A DNA stretch of 64,000 nucleotides, from NCBI RefSeq assembly GCF_006345805.1, contig NC_043005.1, positions 39,928,001 to 39,992,000 on the forward strand. The letters run 5' to 3'. Of this stretch, positions 53,421-64,000 are shown piece by piece. Each line of letters begins with the position of its first letter. Within the stretch, counting starts at the first letter, position 1. This stretch comes from Octopus sinensis (lineage: Eukaryota). Under the pieces are notes generated by a model. It did not search any database, had not been told where the DNA came from, and was given only the letters and a program-made list of their open reading frames with translations. The position numbers and the translations under genes are program-made.

Positions 53421-53586
53421 GCAGAAATGGATTAGCAATAAAACACATGAATTTGTATTGAAAAACTTTCAAATGTTTTCCTAGTAAGTAGTATTATGAA
53501 TTATTCACTCGAATATGAGGTGTACTTATATAACCCAACTCTAATATTTTCCATATAACCTTTAAATAGTTTTAGAATGGAGAAAG

Positions 53587-54346
53587 TTCAGAGAGTCTTT
53601 ACCTTTGTTGGCAACCAAAGGTCTGTCTCTCTCTGTAGAATGATTGTATGATGTATGTGCACCAAATTCAATGTTGCATGGTAGCAAGACATGGGTCCTG
53701 CATGTGGAGGACATGCAAAGGCTGGGGAGGAACAAAGCTGGCATGTTCCACTGGTTGTGCAATGTCAGTGTGTATGTTTGGCAGAGCATTGAGTGAGAAA
53801 TTGGACATAAGAGGAATTAGATGTAATGCGCAAGAGAGGAGACTATACTGGTTTGATCATGTGATGTGGATGGCTGAGGACAGTTGCATAAAGGAGTACC
53901 AATCACTTAAAGTGAATGGAAGTTGTGGAAGAGGAGACCCAGGGAGACATAGGATAAAGTATTGAAGGCTGATTCCAAAACACTGTACTTTATAAAGAAG
54001 ATGGCAGAATACCAAGATATGTTGTGCATTGTTGTATTCAAGAAGATATGCCCACCACAACAGAACTGATATCCTAAAATGAAGGTATCATGTAAAAAGC
54101 ATTGGTGTGGATGCTGGTGCCATATAAAAGGCACTGGTGATGGTGCCATGTAAAAAGCATCTAGTACACTCTGTGGAGTGGTTGGCATTAGGAAGGGCAT
54201 CCAGCCATAAAAACCAAGCTAAAACAGGCTATGGAACTTGGTGCAGCCCCTGCCCTTCCCAGTTCCTGTCAAGCTACCCAACCCATACCAGCAAGGAAAA
54301 CAGATGATGATGATGATGATGATGATGGTGGGGGGGGGGGTGATGG

Positions 54347-54380
<34 letters not shown>

Positions 54381-54390
54381 GATGATGATG
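53587..54390 (+). mobile_element. RTE LINE 3' end with tail and (GAT)n
   Basis: ALSEKLDIRGIRCNAQERRLYWFDHV...GRGDPGRHRIK, then tail gtggttggcattaggaagggcatccagcc and (GAT)n. Confidence 0.75.
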
Positions 54391-55039
54391 CTTCACTACC
54401 TAGGTGGTTTTGTGATTGTTTCTTTTTCTCTTTACTAATCCTTTTGACATAATTCCTTTCAGTCCCTTTAGTGTGTACTTTAATTCAATTATTAATAATT
54501 TTATTATACGTATAAATTTTGTTACCCTTTAACAACAATATTGCTTTCCTTCTTCAAATACTTCTAATATCTCATTATATGTCTAATTTGTGTATCTTGT
54601 TCATCTATATTGTATTTAGCATCAGTGATCAGTCAGTTGAACCACTCTGACATAAATAAGTTGCTCCTTCTTAAATGAAATTATATTTATCTATTTAATC
54701 TACTTATTTATCTATCTTTTTAATGTCCACTGAGGTCAGCTTGTGTTTAAATACAACTAGAACTCTTAACATAGCAAATTTCATCACTACCTACAAATTC
54801 CTGTCATCTCCTTCCTTTACCATCTCTTGCCCTCTCCCTGTACAAAGTTTTGGTCACTTCCTCAGCTACTACAACCATTAGTTCCCTTCAGCCTCCTAAT
54901 GATGATTGCCTTGAAGAAATCATGTTCCTACATCTACCTTTAGATCTACATAGTACTAAAATTGATTTACAATGAATCAATTGATTACATTGAATCATTG
55001 CATCTGAGGGCCCTAAGACACTCAAATAACAGAAACATG

Positions 55040-55199
55040 TGTTGGCTTCTTATTTAAGAAGTTTGCTTCCCAACTACATGGTTCCAGGTTCAGTCCCACT
55101 GTGTAGCACCTTGGGTGAGTGTCTTCTACTATAACTTTGTGCTTACCAATGCCTTGTGAGTGGATTTGGTAGATAGAAACTGAAAGAAGCCTGTCATAG

Positions 55200-55234
<35 letters not shown>

Positions 55235-55455
55235 TTTGTGTATATGTTTATCCCCCCACGACCACTTGACAACCAGTCTTGGCATGTTTACATACCTGTA
55301 ACTTAGCAATTCAGCAAGGGATTCTAATAGAGTAAGTACCAGACTTTACAAAAACAGAAAATATGTACTGGGGGTCAATAAGTTAGACTAAAAATCTTCA
55401 AGGTGGTGTTCCAGCATGGCTGCAGTCTAGTGGCTGAAACAAGTAAAAGATAAAC
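55040..55455 (+). mobile_element. SINE family B, near full length, CpG-depleted
   Basis: Head, CORE, (TG)n and tail ggtgttccagcatggctgcagtc...tgaaacaagtaaaaga. Confidence 0.85.
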
Positions 55456-55627
55456 AATAAAAGAGGTGTAATTTCCAATTGTTTATTGTGTCTGGAATTT
55501 TATGAGTTAACTCAGGACAATTGTTTATGTTTTCCACTGGTTAATATGGTTAGCCAAGTCTGGATTACAAAATGTGCTCATAAAGAATCTACCCTGATCT
55601 TGAGATCTCTATTCATTTGTGTCATAC

Positions 55628-55864
55628 ATCAGGGAGTACTGAAAGTTCCTAGCCTTGGGTAAAGGAAAGCACAGGATGATCAATTAATTATGATGTTATT
55701 TGACATATTCCCCTCTCAGATTCATACACTTATTGCAGTGGTCCTTCTGTTTTTCTAAACTCTGTAAAAGAACTCAGAATGTTGGGCCTCCAGCCAGGCC
55801 TTTCGTGATACCTTTACTTTCATGATACCTTTAAAGCCAAGAACTTTTCAACACCTCCTTGTGT
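55628..55864 (-). mobile_element. mariner-derived MITE, second copy
   Basis: Reverse complement of 34505-34710 (gacatattcccctctcaga; aacttttcaacacctccttg). Confidence 0.7.
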
Positions 55865-56281
55865 ACACATATATTTATTCCTATATACTCACCTTATATA
55901 TATATAAGGTGGGGGTATATAGGGATAAATTATCCAGGCGAGTAAAGTGATAGCTCTTAAGTATATTCCAGGTCATGGTTAACTGCATCAGATGATAATA
56001 AACATCAATGGTCACTTAGTATTAGCAATCCTGTTGTAATTTTTCTGATGGGTAGGTAACTCCAGGTTCACCTCCCTGGATTATCAATATTAACAAGAGT
56101 GTAAATTTCAAACAGTTATAAAGAATATGGACACTGGCACATCATCAAATTTTTCTATTAATTTTACAGTTGGTCATACAGCATCATTAGTTGGTTAAAA
56201 TGACCAACACATGTTTCTGCTGCACAGAATAGGTGCAACTGTGCATGCAACCCAGTATAATCTGCTGTGAACTTTCATTCA

Positions 56282-56349
<68 letters not shown>

Positions 56350-56357
<8 letters not shown>

Positions 56358-56750
56358 AATATTAGGGAATAAATCCAAATTTACAGGGAAAAAATCAGAT
56401 TTAGGATTAAATCCAATTTTATAGTAAAATATTATATAATATTAATTAGAGACAAAACCACTATTTTGTAAAACAAACAAGGAAAGACTTAATTAATACA
56501 TAAAATTTTAATAAAAAGTAAAAAAACCGCCACTACAATTGTTTCATGTCCTCAATGACAATCTTCAGGTGGATTTCCGATTTTCAACAGGTCATTAGAA
56601 ATGTTCGATTTCTTTATGCACCAAGTTTGACAGTCGTTAACTCTAATGTTTTATCTTGACAATTCTTTGTTTTACAACATTGAAGGGTTACATCATCACT
56701 TTTTGAAATGCAATTCATGGTGTCTGATTATATTGTGAGTTTTTGCTTGC
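56350..56750 (-). mobile_element. Penelope-like element 3' or terminal-repeat remnant
   Basis: AT-rich terminal-repeat-like sequence beside a long (TA)n, carrying a type I hammerhead motif of the kind typical of PLEs. Confidence 0.5.
56530..56572 (-). ncRNA. Type I hammerhead ribozyme motif
   Basis: Minus strand reads CCAC-CTGAAGA-T-TGTC-attgag-GACA-T-GAA-AC-aatt-GT-A-GTGG. Stems I, II and III all pair, the core is CUGANGA/GAAA, and the cleavage triplet is GUA. Confidence 0.75.
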
Positions 56751-56759
56751 AAATCAATT

Positions 56760-57745
56760 TCTGTGAACTCATGGATAGATAAAAATTTCATGTTGTTTAT
56801 GAATATGAGTTCCATCATGGAACCAATGCATCCCAGACAGCTCAAAACATCAATGAGGTGAAGATGTGGTAAATGAGTGCACCATATGTTGATGAGTTGA
56901 GAAGTTCCGATCTGGTGACTTTACTCTTGAAAATCAACCCCATGGTAGACCTGAGACCAAAGTGGATAATGATGAGCTGGAAACTGTAGAGGAAGCAGAT
57001 ACACCTCAAACTACACATGAGTTAGCAGCAAGGTTTGATGTTTCAATTTCAACTGTATTGGACCATCTGAAACAAATCAGCAAGGTAAAGAAGCTGGACA
57101 AGTGGGTGCCACATGACCTGAATGAGCCTCAAATGACACATCATCTTGAAACTTGCTGTTCTTTGCTGTCACAGCATAAAAGCAAACCATTTTTCCATCA
57201 TATTGTTACGTGTGATGAAAAATGGATTCTTTTGAACAACAGCAAGTATTATGTATGGTGGTTGGATAGAGATGAAGTGCCAAAACACAATCCAAAAAAA
57301 GCTAATGGTGTCTGATTGTTGGTCCAGCGCTAGTGTCATACACTACAGCTTCATGAGACCTGGTAAGTCAATTACAGCAGATGTATACATCAACCAATTG
57401 GATGAAATAATGAGTGAACTTGCAATTAAACAACAAAGATTGGTTAATAGAGACAGGCCAAATCTCTTGCAAGACAATGCTTGACCACATGTAGCATAAA
57501 GAACGCTACTCAGGTTACAGGCACTGAACTTGGAACTACTCTGTCATCCACCATATTCACCAGACCTTGCACCAACTGACTATCATGTTTTCCATTAGAC
57601 AACTGTTTGCAAAAAAAAAAAAAATTCAAATGTGAAGAAGATGCAAAAACAGCCTTTCATGATTTCATGACCTCTTGCTCTCCAGAATTCTTCACTGCAG
57701 GTATTAATAAGCTATCAATAAAATGGCAAAATGGGGTTCATAATT
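56760..57745 (+). mobile_element. Decayed mariner (Hsmar1/Mos1-like)
   Basis: KVKKLDKWVPHDL, IVTCDEKWIL, LLQDNA, HPPYSPDLAPTDYH. Frameshifted. Confidence 0.9.
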
Positions 57746-58594
57746 GTTATATTGCAATACTATATAGTGGCTGTGTGAGCTACAAAATCCTCATCGCCAC
57801 TGTTATATCACACGTTCGGATAACCTCTACTCAACTCCTCAACATCTAGACTTCTCCCTCTATATCTATGTATTGGGCTAGCCTACTTCATCGTCTGGGG
57901 GCATGGACACAACAATAATTTAGGTATATACTTTGATTAACTGCATTGATTTTTGTTGAGATAAAGTAAAATAAACTTTCAGTTCAAAATCGAACATTTC
58001 ATTTTTTATGACCTGATCATCGTTCATATATATATATATATATATATATATAGCAACACACAATAAACAGAGAATCAGGGAATATCTCAACTCTAAATCT
58101 ATAAACAAGAATAGAACAGATAATGTGTATTGTGAAATTAACTTTAACAATAATCTTCCTGAACTAGGTTTCGATCTCCTTGCTTTAATAATAATAATAA
58201 TAATTGTGTTAACATATATTTCCAGAAATATTAATATTAATTTTAATGATATTTGGTGTGTGTGTGGTTTATATATATTAATAAAAGAGAAACAATTTTC
58301 AGTTTTATAAGATGAGATCTATAACTAAAAATGTAATTGTCACTATACATATCTTTTGTTGTTACACACTCCAAAATTTCTCGAAATTCTGCTGAAGGAT
58401 ATTTGGATTTACTTGTCATACATGAGGAGTTACCTTGGATATGTATTCTACTTACATTTCCTGGTGTCTCATTGTTGGATATTGTTGACCAAATTCTTTT
58501 AAAACTGAGTGCTTTATTGATATCTACCTGGATTTTTTAATCCCTCTTTTTCTTATAAATATATATATATATATATATTCCTTTTTTTTTATAG

Positions 58595-58734
58595 ATAATC
58601 AACATAAATGCACTGTAGCTGATATTTCACCAATAAAAGGTAGCTACCCCTTTGGAGAAATAAATCCGATAAACAACAAGTTTATTTACCGCTCATCACG
58701 TGTTATGAAATTACTGGCTAATAAAACACCAAAG
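58595..58734 (+). CDS. Coding exon 3 of the same gene
   Basis: Acceptor cttttttttttatag, donor AAG|gtaaaa, 140 nt, phase 1 to 0, open. Encodes (D)NQHKCTVADISPIKGSYPFGEINPINNKFIYRSSRVMKLLANKTPK. Too short for the ORF track; found by reading splice signals. Confidence 0.8.
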
Positions 58735-59515
58735 GTAAAACAGATTTGTTATTAATTATAAGGAAAACTACTAAAATATTAATTACTTTGTTTTCTATGA
58801 CTAAAACTCTTTAACTTCATTTCATCAGTTATGTCAGTATATTTATTTATCTATATGTATTATTGAATTTGGTGGTTGAGCAATTAATTTCAATAGTTAG
58901 TACAGCCGGCTTAGATTAAGCATAATACTGTGCTTTTTTGTATATTTCATTGTTAAAACCTTCTATTTAATAGAAAAAAATATTTATAAAAGAATTTATG
59001 AAATAAATGACTTATTGTTTTCCTTTTTATAAAAGGTTTCCAAAGAAAAAAATGTCATAAGGGGAATACCTGTAAACACTTTTGTTGCAAATATTGTGTG
59101 GAACTCCATAACTTTAAACTGACAATGAATTTTGCTGGTAAGTATCAGATCAAACTTAATTAATCTTATTTTCTAGAAATAAGGATAGAGTAGTTATTAA
59201 TTTATTCAATCATATACTTAAGTAATTCTGTATCTATATTCAAAATATATACAGAGTATTCAGGTCAAATTTAACAACTTTTTTATGTCTCCTTTCTTTA
59301 TGAAATTACTGGCCAAAATCAACTAAAAGTTAAAACAGACTTGTTATTAAATATAATGAAAACTACTAAGATATTAATTACTTTGTTTTCTATGACTAAA
59401 ACTCTTTAACTTCATTTCATCAGTCATGTCAGTATATTTATTTATCCATATGTATTATTGAATTTGGTAGTTGAGCAATTAATTTCAATAGTTAATACAG
59501 CAGGCTTAGATTAAG
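58703..59515 (+). repeat. Direct duplication of about 218 bp (58703-58920 and 59298-59515) flanking exon 4
   Basis: Both copies run ttatgaaattactgg...ggcttagattaag with high identity. The second has aaagttaaaa where the first has the donor aaaggtaaaa. Confidence 0.9.
59036..59137 (+). CDS. Coding exon 4 of the same gene, with an apparent frameshift as assembled
   Basis: Acceptor tcctttttataaaag, donor G|gtaagt, 102 nt. Entered in phase 0 it reads VSKEKNVIRGIPVNTFVANIVWNSITLN-stop. The 3' part in the other frame reads ELHNFKLTMNFA and exits in the phase 1 that exon 5 needs. Confidence 0.7.
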
Positions 59516-59529
59516 TGAACAGTCAGTGA

Positions 59530-59910
59530 CATTGGAGAGCATAAAGATTAAAGTTGTAGGTGAAAAAAAGCTGGAAACCAGCTGAATATCAGAAAAGAGT
59601 TACCTGCATCATGATGATTTGCTCCAGGTATTATAATGCTGACACATGACTTTTTCTCAGTGCTCTGTGAACACTGTAAAGGCTATAAAATGTGACATGG
59701 ACAGCTACAATGGAGACTATGAAACCTTGGCTAGCCGGATTGAGAATGTCTTTAAGTGTGTCTCCAGTGAGGGTGACATCATGCTGCTCTACATCTTTAA
59801 ACAGAGCCTTAGGCTTAATTCAGATGGCTTTGTGAAGCTGCTGGAGACTGTGGTCTAGCCCTGGCTGAAGAGGGTTGCTGCTGGAAGACTGTATATGTGA
59901 CAGTAGGGAT
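59530..59910 (+). mobile_element. maT/DD37D-like fragment
   Basis: VFKCVSSEGDIMLLYIFKQSLRLNSDGFVKLLETVV. Same family as 6857-8040. Confidence 0.75.
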
Positions 59911-60518
59911 TGGCTCTAGTTAACATTAAAAAGGTTAACTAGAAATAATTATGTAGTGAAGAAAAGACATTAGTCAATGACTAATGATATTTTGATTATT
60001 TTGATAAGTATGGGAGAAGATACATTTTAGTCTTAATTGACCGCTTTTGCAAAACAAGTATTATAGGTGTAGAAAGAGTTAAAGAGAGAATAAGCTGCAT
60101 AAAATGGACTTGGTTTGCATAAGAATTAATATTCATTTGTACGTATTAGATATAAGGTAGAAAAATAAGTAAAAACAGAAAAATATTACAATTTTGATGG
60201 TAAATATTTGCTGTGGCTATAAAGATGAAAAAATAGTGCTCAGAGGTTTATTATTGCATGTAAGGATACTGAAAAATAAAAATGTAGGGGAGATAAGTGA
60301 GCTGGGAATGAAAAATAGAAAAATATAAGAGGTTTTAAATTACATATATTGATATGTAAAGTAATAGAGTAACTATGTTTAAGTATAAATAAAATTATGA
60401 GTTAAGGAACTAGCTTGGCATAATGCGAGAGGGATATATAGTGGTATTAGGTTAGTAATTAATATTCAAGTAATAGAAGAGTATTGAAGAGTATTAAAGG
60501 ATGAAATTTAATTCAATC

Positions 60519-60592
<74 letters not shown>

Positions 60593-60734
60593 AAGCTATG
60601 CTTTTCTGTCCAGCTGCCACTGAGGCCCTGTCCAAGTTATTTACCAGTTGAGATTATATTTATTTCTTTCGGGTTTTTTTCTTTTTCAGTTCAGTTCAGC
60701 TGTCTCTGTATTTGTATATCAATTAATATGAGAG

Positions 60735-61990
60735 TCAGCTGAAAAGTTCATAAGCTAACAAGATGCACTAATGGAATGAGACAAAATGGGATTTATTTTT
60801 AAACATAGTCCCCTTTGCAATCCACATACTTCTTCCATTGGTATTGCAGAGCTTCAATCCCATTGGTGAAGAAGCTTTCATCTTATTGGTCAAAAAAGTC
60901 ATCAAGTGCAGATACGACATCATCACTGCAATACTGGTTCCCAGCCAAGTATTTTTCACATTGGGGAACAGGTGATAGTCAGATGGGGCCAAATCAGGAG
61001 AGTAAGGAAGGGGATCAATCAATTCAAAGCCACAATCACACACAGCAGCCAAAGACTTGTGTGTTGGAGCATTGTCCTGATGAAAAAGACTTTCTTTGTC
61101 AGTTTTCTTGAGTGTTTGGTCTTGAAAGCCTTTTGTAACTGCTTCAGCAAGTTTGCATAGTACTCTCCATTGATGGGGTGGCTCTTTTGCATCCCCAAAA
61201 TTTTGCATCGCAAAAAACTGAAGCCATCACCTTTCTTGCCGATCAAAGGACCTTGGCCTTTTTTAGAGGAGGTGAGGAGGGGTGTGTCCACTGCACTGAT
61301 TGTCTCTTTGTTTGTGGCTCAAAGTGATGAACCTAATATTCATCCTGGCTTAGAAAACATTCAAGGAAACCAGCTGGATCTACTTCAAACAATGTCAGAT
61401 TTTCCCATGATGTAATTAGTTTGGTACACTTTTGGTCAGGTGTCAGAAGAGATGGCACTCACTAAGCAAAAACCTTCATCATTCAAAGTTCACCGTGTAG
61501 AATATTCTCAACTCTCTCACAGGATGTGCTAATAGCATTGGCTATTTGGTTTATAGTCAATTGCCTTCTTCCACCACCATGTGAACGTAATCAATATTTT
61601 TCTTCATGATGGCAGTTGCAAGACATCCAGACGTTAGGTCAGCTTCCAGACCCCCATTCCCCTCCTAAATTCAGTTACCCACTTCTCCACTGTTGCTAAA
61701 CCTACCTGGAGTATCATCCACTAATGTAGCAACCATGTCAGCATGAATATCCCTAGGGGTTGAACCCTGTTTTTTTCAGGTACTTAATTATATCACAGTG
61801 CCAAATTTTGTCCATTTTCAAGAGAAGTCGCTACCAGTTACTTTTGAAGTGTTCTTTGAACAGTCAGATGTTAGTTTACCTGGAAAGAAATAATGCAGTT
61901 AATAAGAAGGGGTGAAATTAATGCATGCAAGCTTTCACAACTCTAGCACCACTCATTCATAGCCAGTCCATGATCTTTTCAGACCACCTC
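60735..61990 (-). mobile_element. Decayed mariner, same family as 34750-35890, opposite orientation
   Basis: FHQDNAPTH, LPYSPDLAPSDYHLFPN, INGEYYANLL. Termini resemble tatgagagtcagctgaaaagttc. Confidence 0.9.
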
Positions 61991-62745
61991 CACATATCAC
62001 TCTATCTGCATATCTATTGAGATATTTCTAGAATCACCTATGTGCTTATCTATCTATCTGTCTCTTTATTTATTTATTTTGTTATTTTCCCATTTGCCAA
62101 TGTATGTATTTGTTTGCCTTCATAATGCTTGTAAGCATTAAAAGTTTAATAATAAAAATGAAACGAATAATGGTGGTGTCCCAGCATGGCCACAGCCTCT
62201 GGTGGTCTTGAACACATAAAAGGTAAAGGTGTATCATCCACAGCTATTTGCTAACTAAAGTTACTTCATTTAAATCTAACTGCCAATATCTTTTAATGCA
62301 TAAATTTAGAGATCTTCATCACATTATTTCATTATATTGAACATTTCAGTTGCACCCACAAACTTGAACCCACAAATGCAGAATGATATAGACCCCCTCT
62401 CTCTCTCTCAACCTCTTGTGTTTTCACTTTCTATTTTTTCATATTGATTCCACTACTTTAATTTCATTCTTTGTCTCTCCTTCCCCACCTTCTCTCTCCA
62501 TATATTTCTCCATTTGAGTTATTATCTCCCTTGGTGTAAGTGTAATACACAGACAAAATTGACAGCCTGCAGGAACACATAGATTGCTAATATAGATATT
62601 GTACACTAACATAATGATTTTCTCTCTACTTTAACAAGTATGTTGAAGACTATACTTAACTTATGAGATTTGAAACATGTCAGATGTAGTTTCCATACTT
62701 GCCAAAATAGTTAAAATAAGACTAGTAAATGATTAATATTGTCCA

Positions 62746-62960
62746 GGTGGTGAGCTAACAGAATCATTAGCACTCAAGGCAAATTGCTTGGCAGCATTTC
62801 GTCCATCTTTGTGCTCTGAGTTCAAATTCTGCAGAAGTTGACTTTGCCTTTCATTCTTTCAGGATCAATAAAATAAGTACCTGTTTGGTACTGAGGTCGG
62901 TGTAATTGACTTAACCCTGCTCTGAAATTGCTGGCCTTGGGCCAAAATTTGAAATCAATA
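62746..62960 (+). mobile_element. SINE family A variant, strongly CpG-depleted
   Basis: ggtggtgagctaacagaatcattagc...gaagttgactttgcctttcattc, compared with consensus-like ggcggcgagctggcagaaacgttagc...gaggtcgactttgcc. Confidence 0.8.
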
Positions 62961-63630
62961 TTGTCCATTTCTCACTGTCTTTCTAGTTAACTTTTTAATG
63001 TTCCCAGTGAACTATTAATAAAATGACTTCGTCATCAGCTTCAAAGAAATTTCAGTCATGTTGAAGGTGAACCATTAGAAGGCTTAGAACATGTTTTACT
63101 TAAATGTTATGTTATATATAAAAGTTGATAATTGACTTTATAATATCAAGAAAATGTATGACATCTTAATTTAGTAGAAAGATTTCAAAAATTTTGAAAT
63201 ACTTTACAAAAATCCAGTTGCAGTAGTGGAAAATTTTTTTCACGTTTAAATGGCTTTTTGCTTATTTAAAATATATTTATCTCTTAAGGTTTTGTAAAAA
63301 TTCTGGAATAATTTTTATAAAAACCTATTTTGATCTTTCCATGAGATTTTTTCTCATCTGAAAGATTTCATATTCTTGTTAATGGAACATAAGTTGTTCC
63401 TCTTAAATACCAGTTCTCTCAAAAATTGTACAGGTATAGTGAGTTGGCTGAACTAAATAGAACTAAATATCATGTGATCACATTTTGCAAGGGACAAGAT
63501 TTATAAAATAAGCATCTGTAATATGCTGTTGTCAAGCCAATTAAATATCCTTGTGTCTAGTCAAAAAATATCTATATATATAATATGACCAGTAATAGAA
63601 ATATAGATTTTTGATATCTTTATTTTTCAG

Positions 63631-63779
63631 CAAATAAATGGATAAGTATTGGAGGTGTTTCTGGAAGTCCCATTCGTTTTACCTTGGAAGAAATAGGTGG
63701 AAAACCAGGCGTGAACCATACCTATGACTATCATTCATTTTTTGCAAGTATTCAAGACAATTCAGAGACTGTTTTTGAG
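63631..63779 (+). CDS. Coding exon 5 of the same gene (gene continues beyond the window)
   Basis: Acceptor tatttttcag, donor GAG|gtaagt, 149 nt, phase 1 to 0. Encodes (A)NKWISIGGVSGSPIRFTLEEIGGKPGVNHTYDYHSFFASIQDNSETVFE; the end resembles the F...VF(xxP) end of ependymin-like domains. Confidence 0.85.
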
Positions 63780-64000
63780 GTAAGTATTACAAAAATATTT
63801 TAATATGATTTCTGGAACATATCTCCTAATTATTAATGTCAGTAGTAACAATATGATTGTTTCTCTGCTGGACATCTTCTTCTTCTACTAATATGTACAT
63901 ATAAACAAGTTACTGTTTCTCCAAGCACTCTTCTTTAAACCCAGTACTAAAGCTCACTCTGGGATATTTTAGCTATCACTGCATTTATAATTAAATTAAA

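Noticed and set aside
59036-59137. Cys-rich open frame GFQRKKCHKGNTCKHFCCKYCVELHNFKLTMNFA
   Set aside because: It needs phase 1 entry but exon 3 ends in phase 0. Skipping exon 3 would keep the frame but lose the conserved-looking Cys and IRGIP segments.

Overview
AT-rich, microsatellite- and transposon-dense animal genomic DNA. The SINE families, Dong/R4, RTE, CR1-like and Tx1 LINEs, Helitrons and mariner/maT remnants point to a coleoid cephalopod, most likely Octopus; this is recognition from memory, not a database result. One host gene can be assembled by hand on the + strand. Five phase-linked coding exons (41297-41372, 45044-45247, 58595-58734, 59036-59137, 63631-63779; the gene continues past the window) encode a signal-peptide protein resembling LolA-fold/ependymin-related domains. 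Exon 4 as given carries an apparent frameshift. A sharp change from CpG-rich to CpG-depleted sequence at about 25.8 kb, next to a CpG-rich promoter-like patch, suggests the transcription unit starts about 15.5 kb upstream of the first coding exon and is gene-body methylated. Other highlights are a complete type I hammerhead ribozyme fold in a Penelope-like remnant (56530-56572, minus strand), a C-rich ORF that appears to be an eroded Helitron helicase (6141-6856), and a 3' tail shared by a CR1-like LINE and a CORE-type SINE. Most listed ORFs are microsatellite or decayed-TE artefacts. TE boundaries are approximate unless a TSD or terminus is quoted. No CRISPR, rRNA or genuine tRNA gene was seen.
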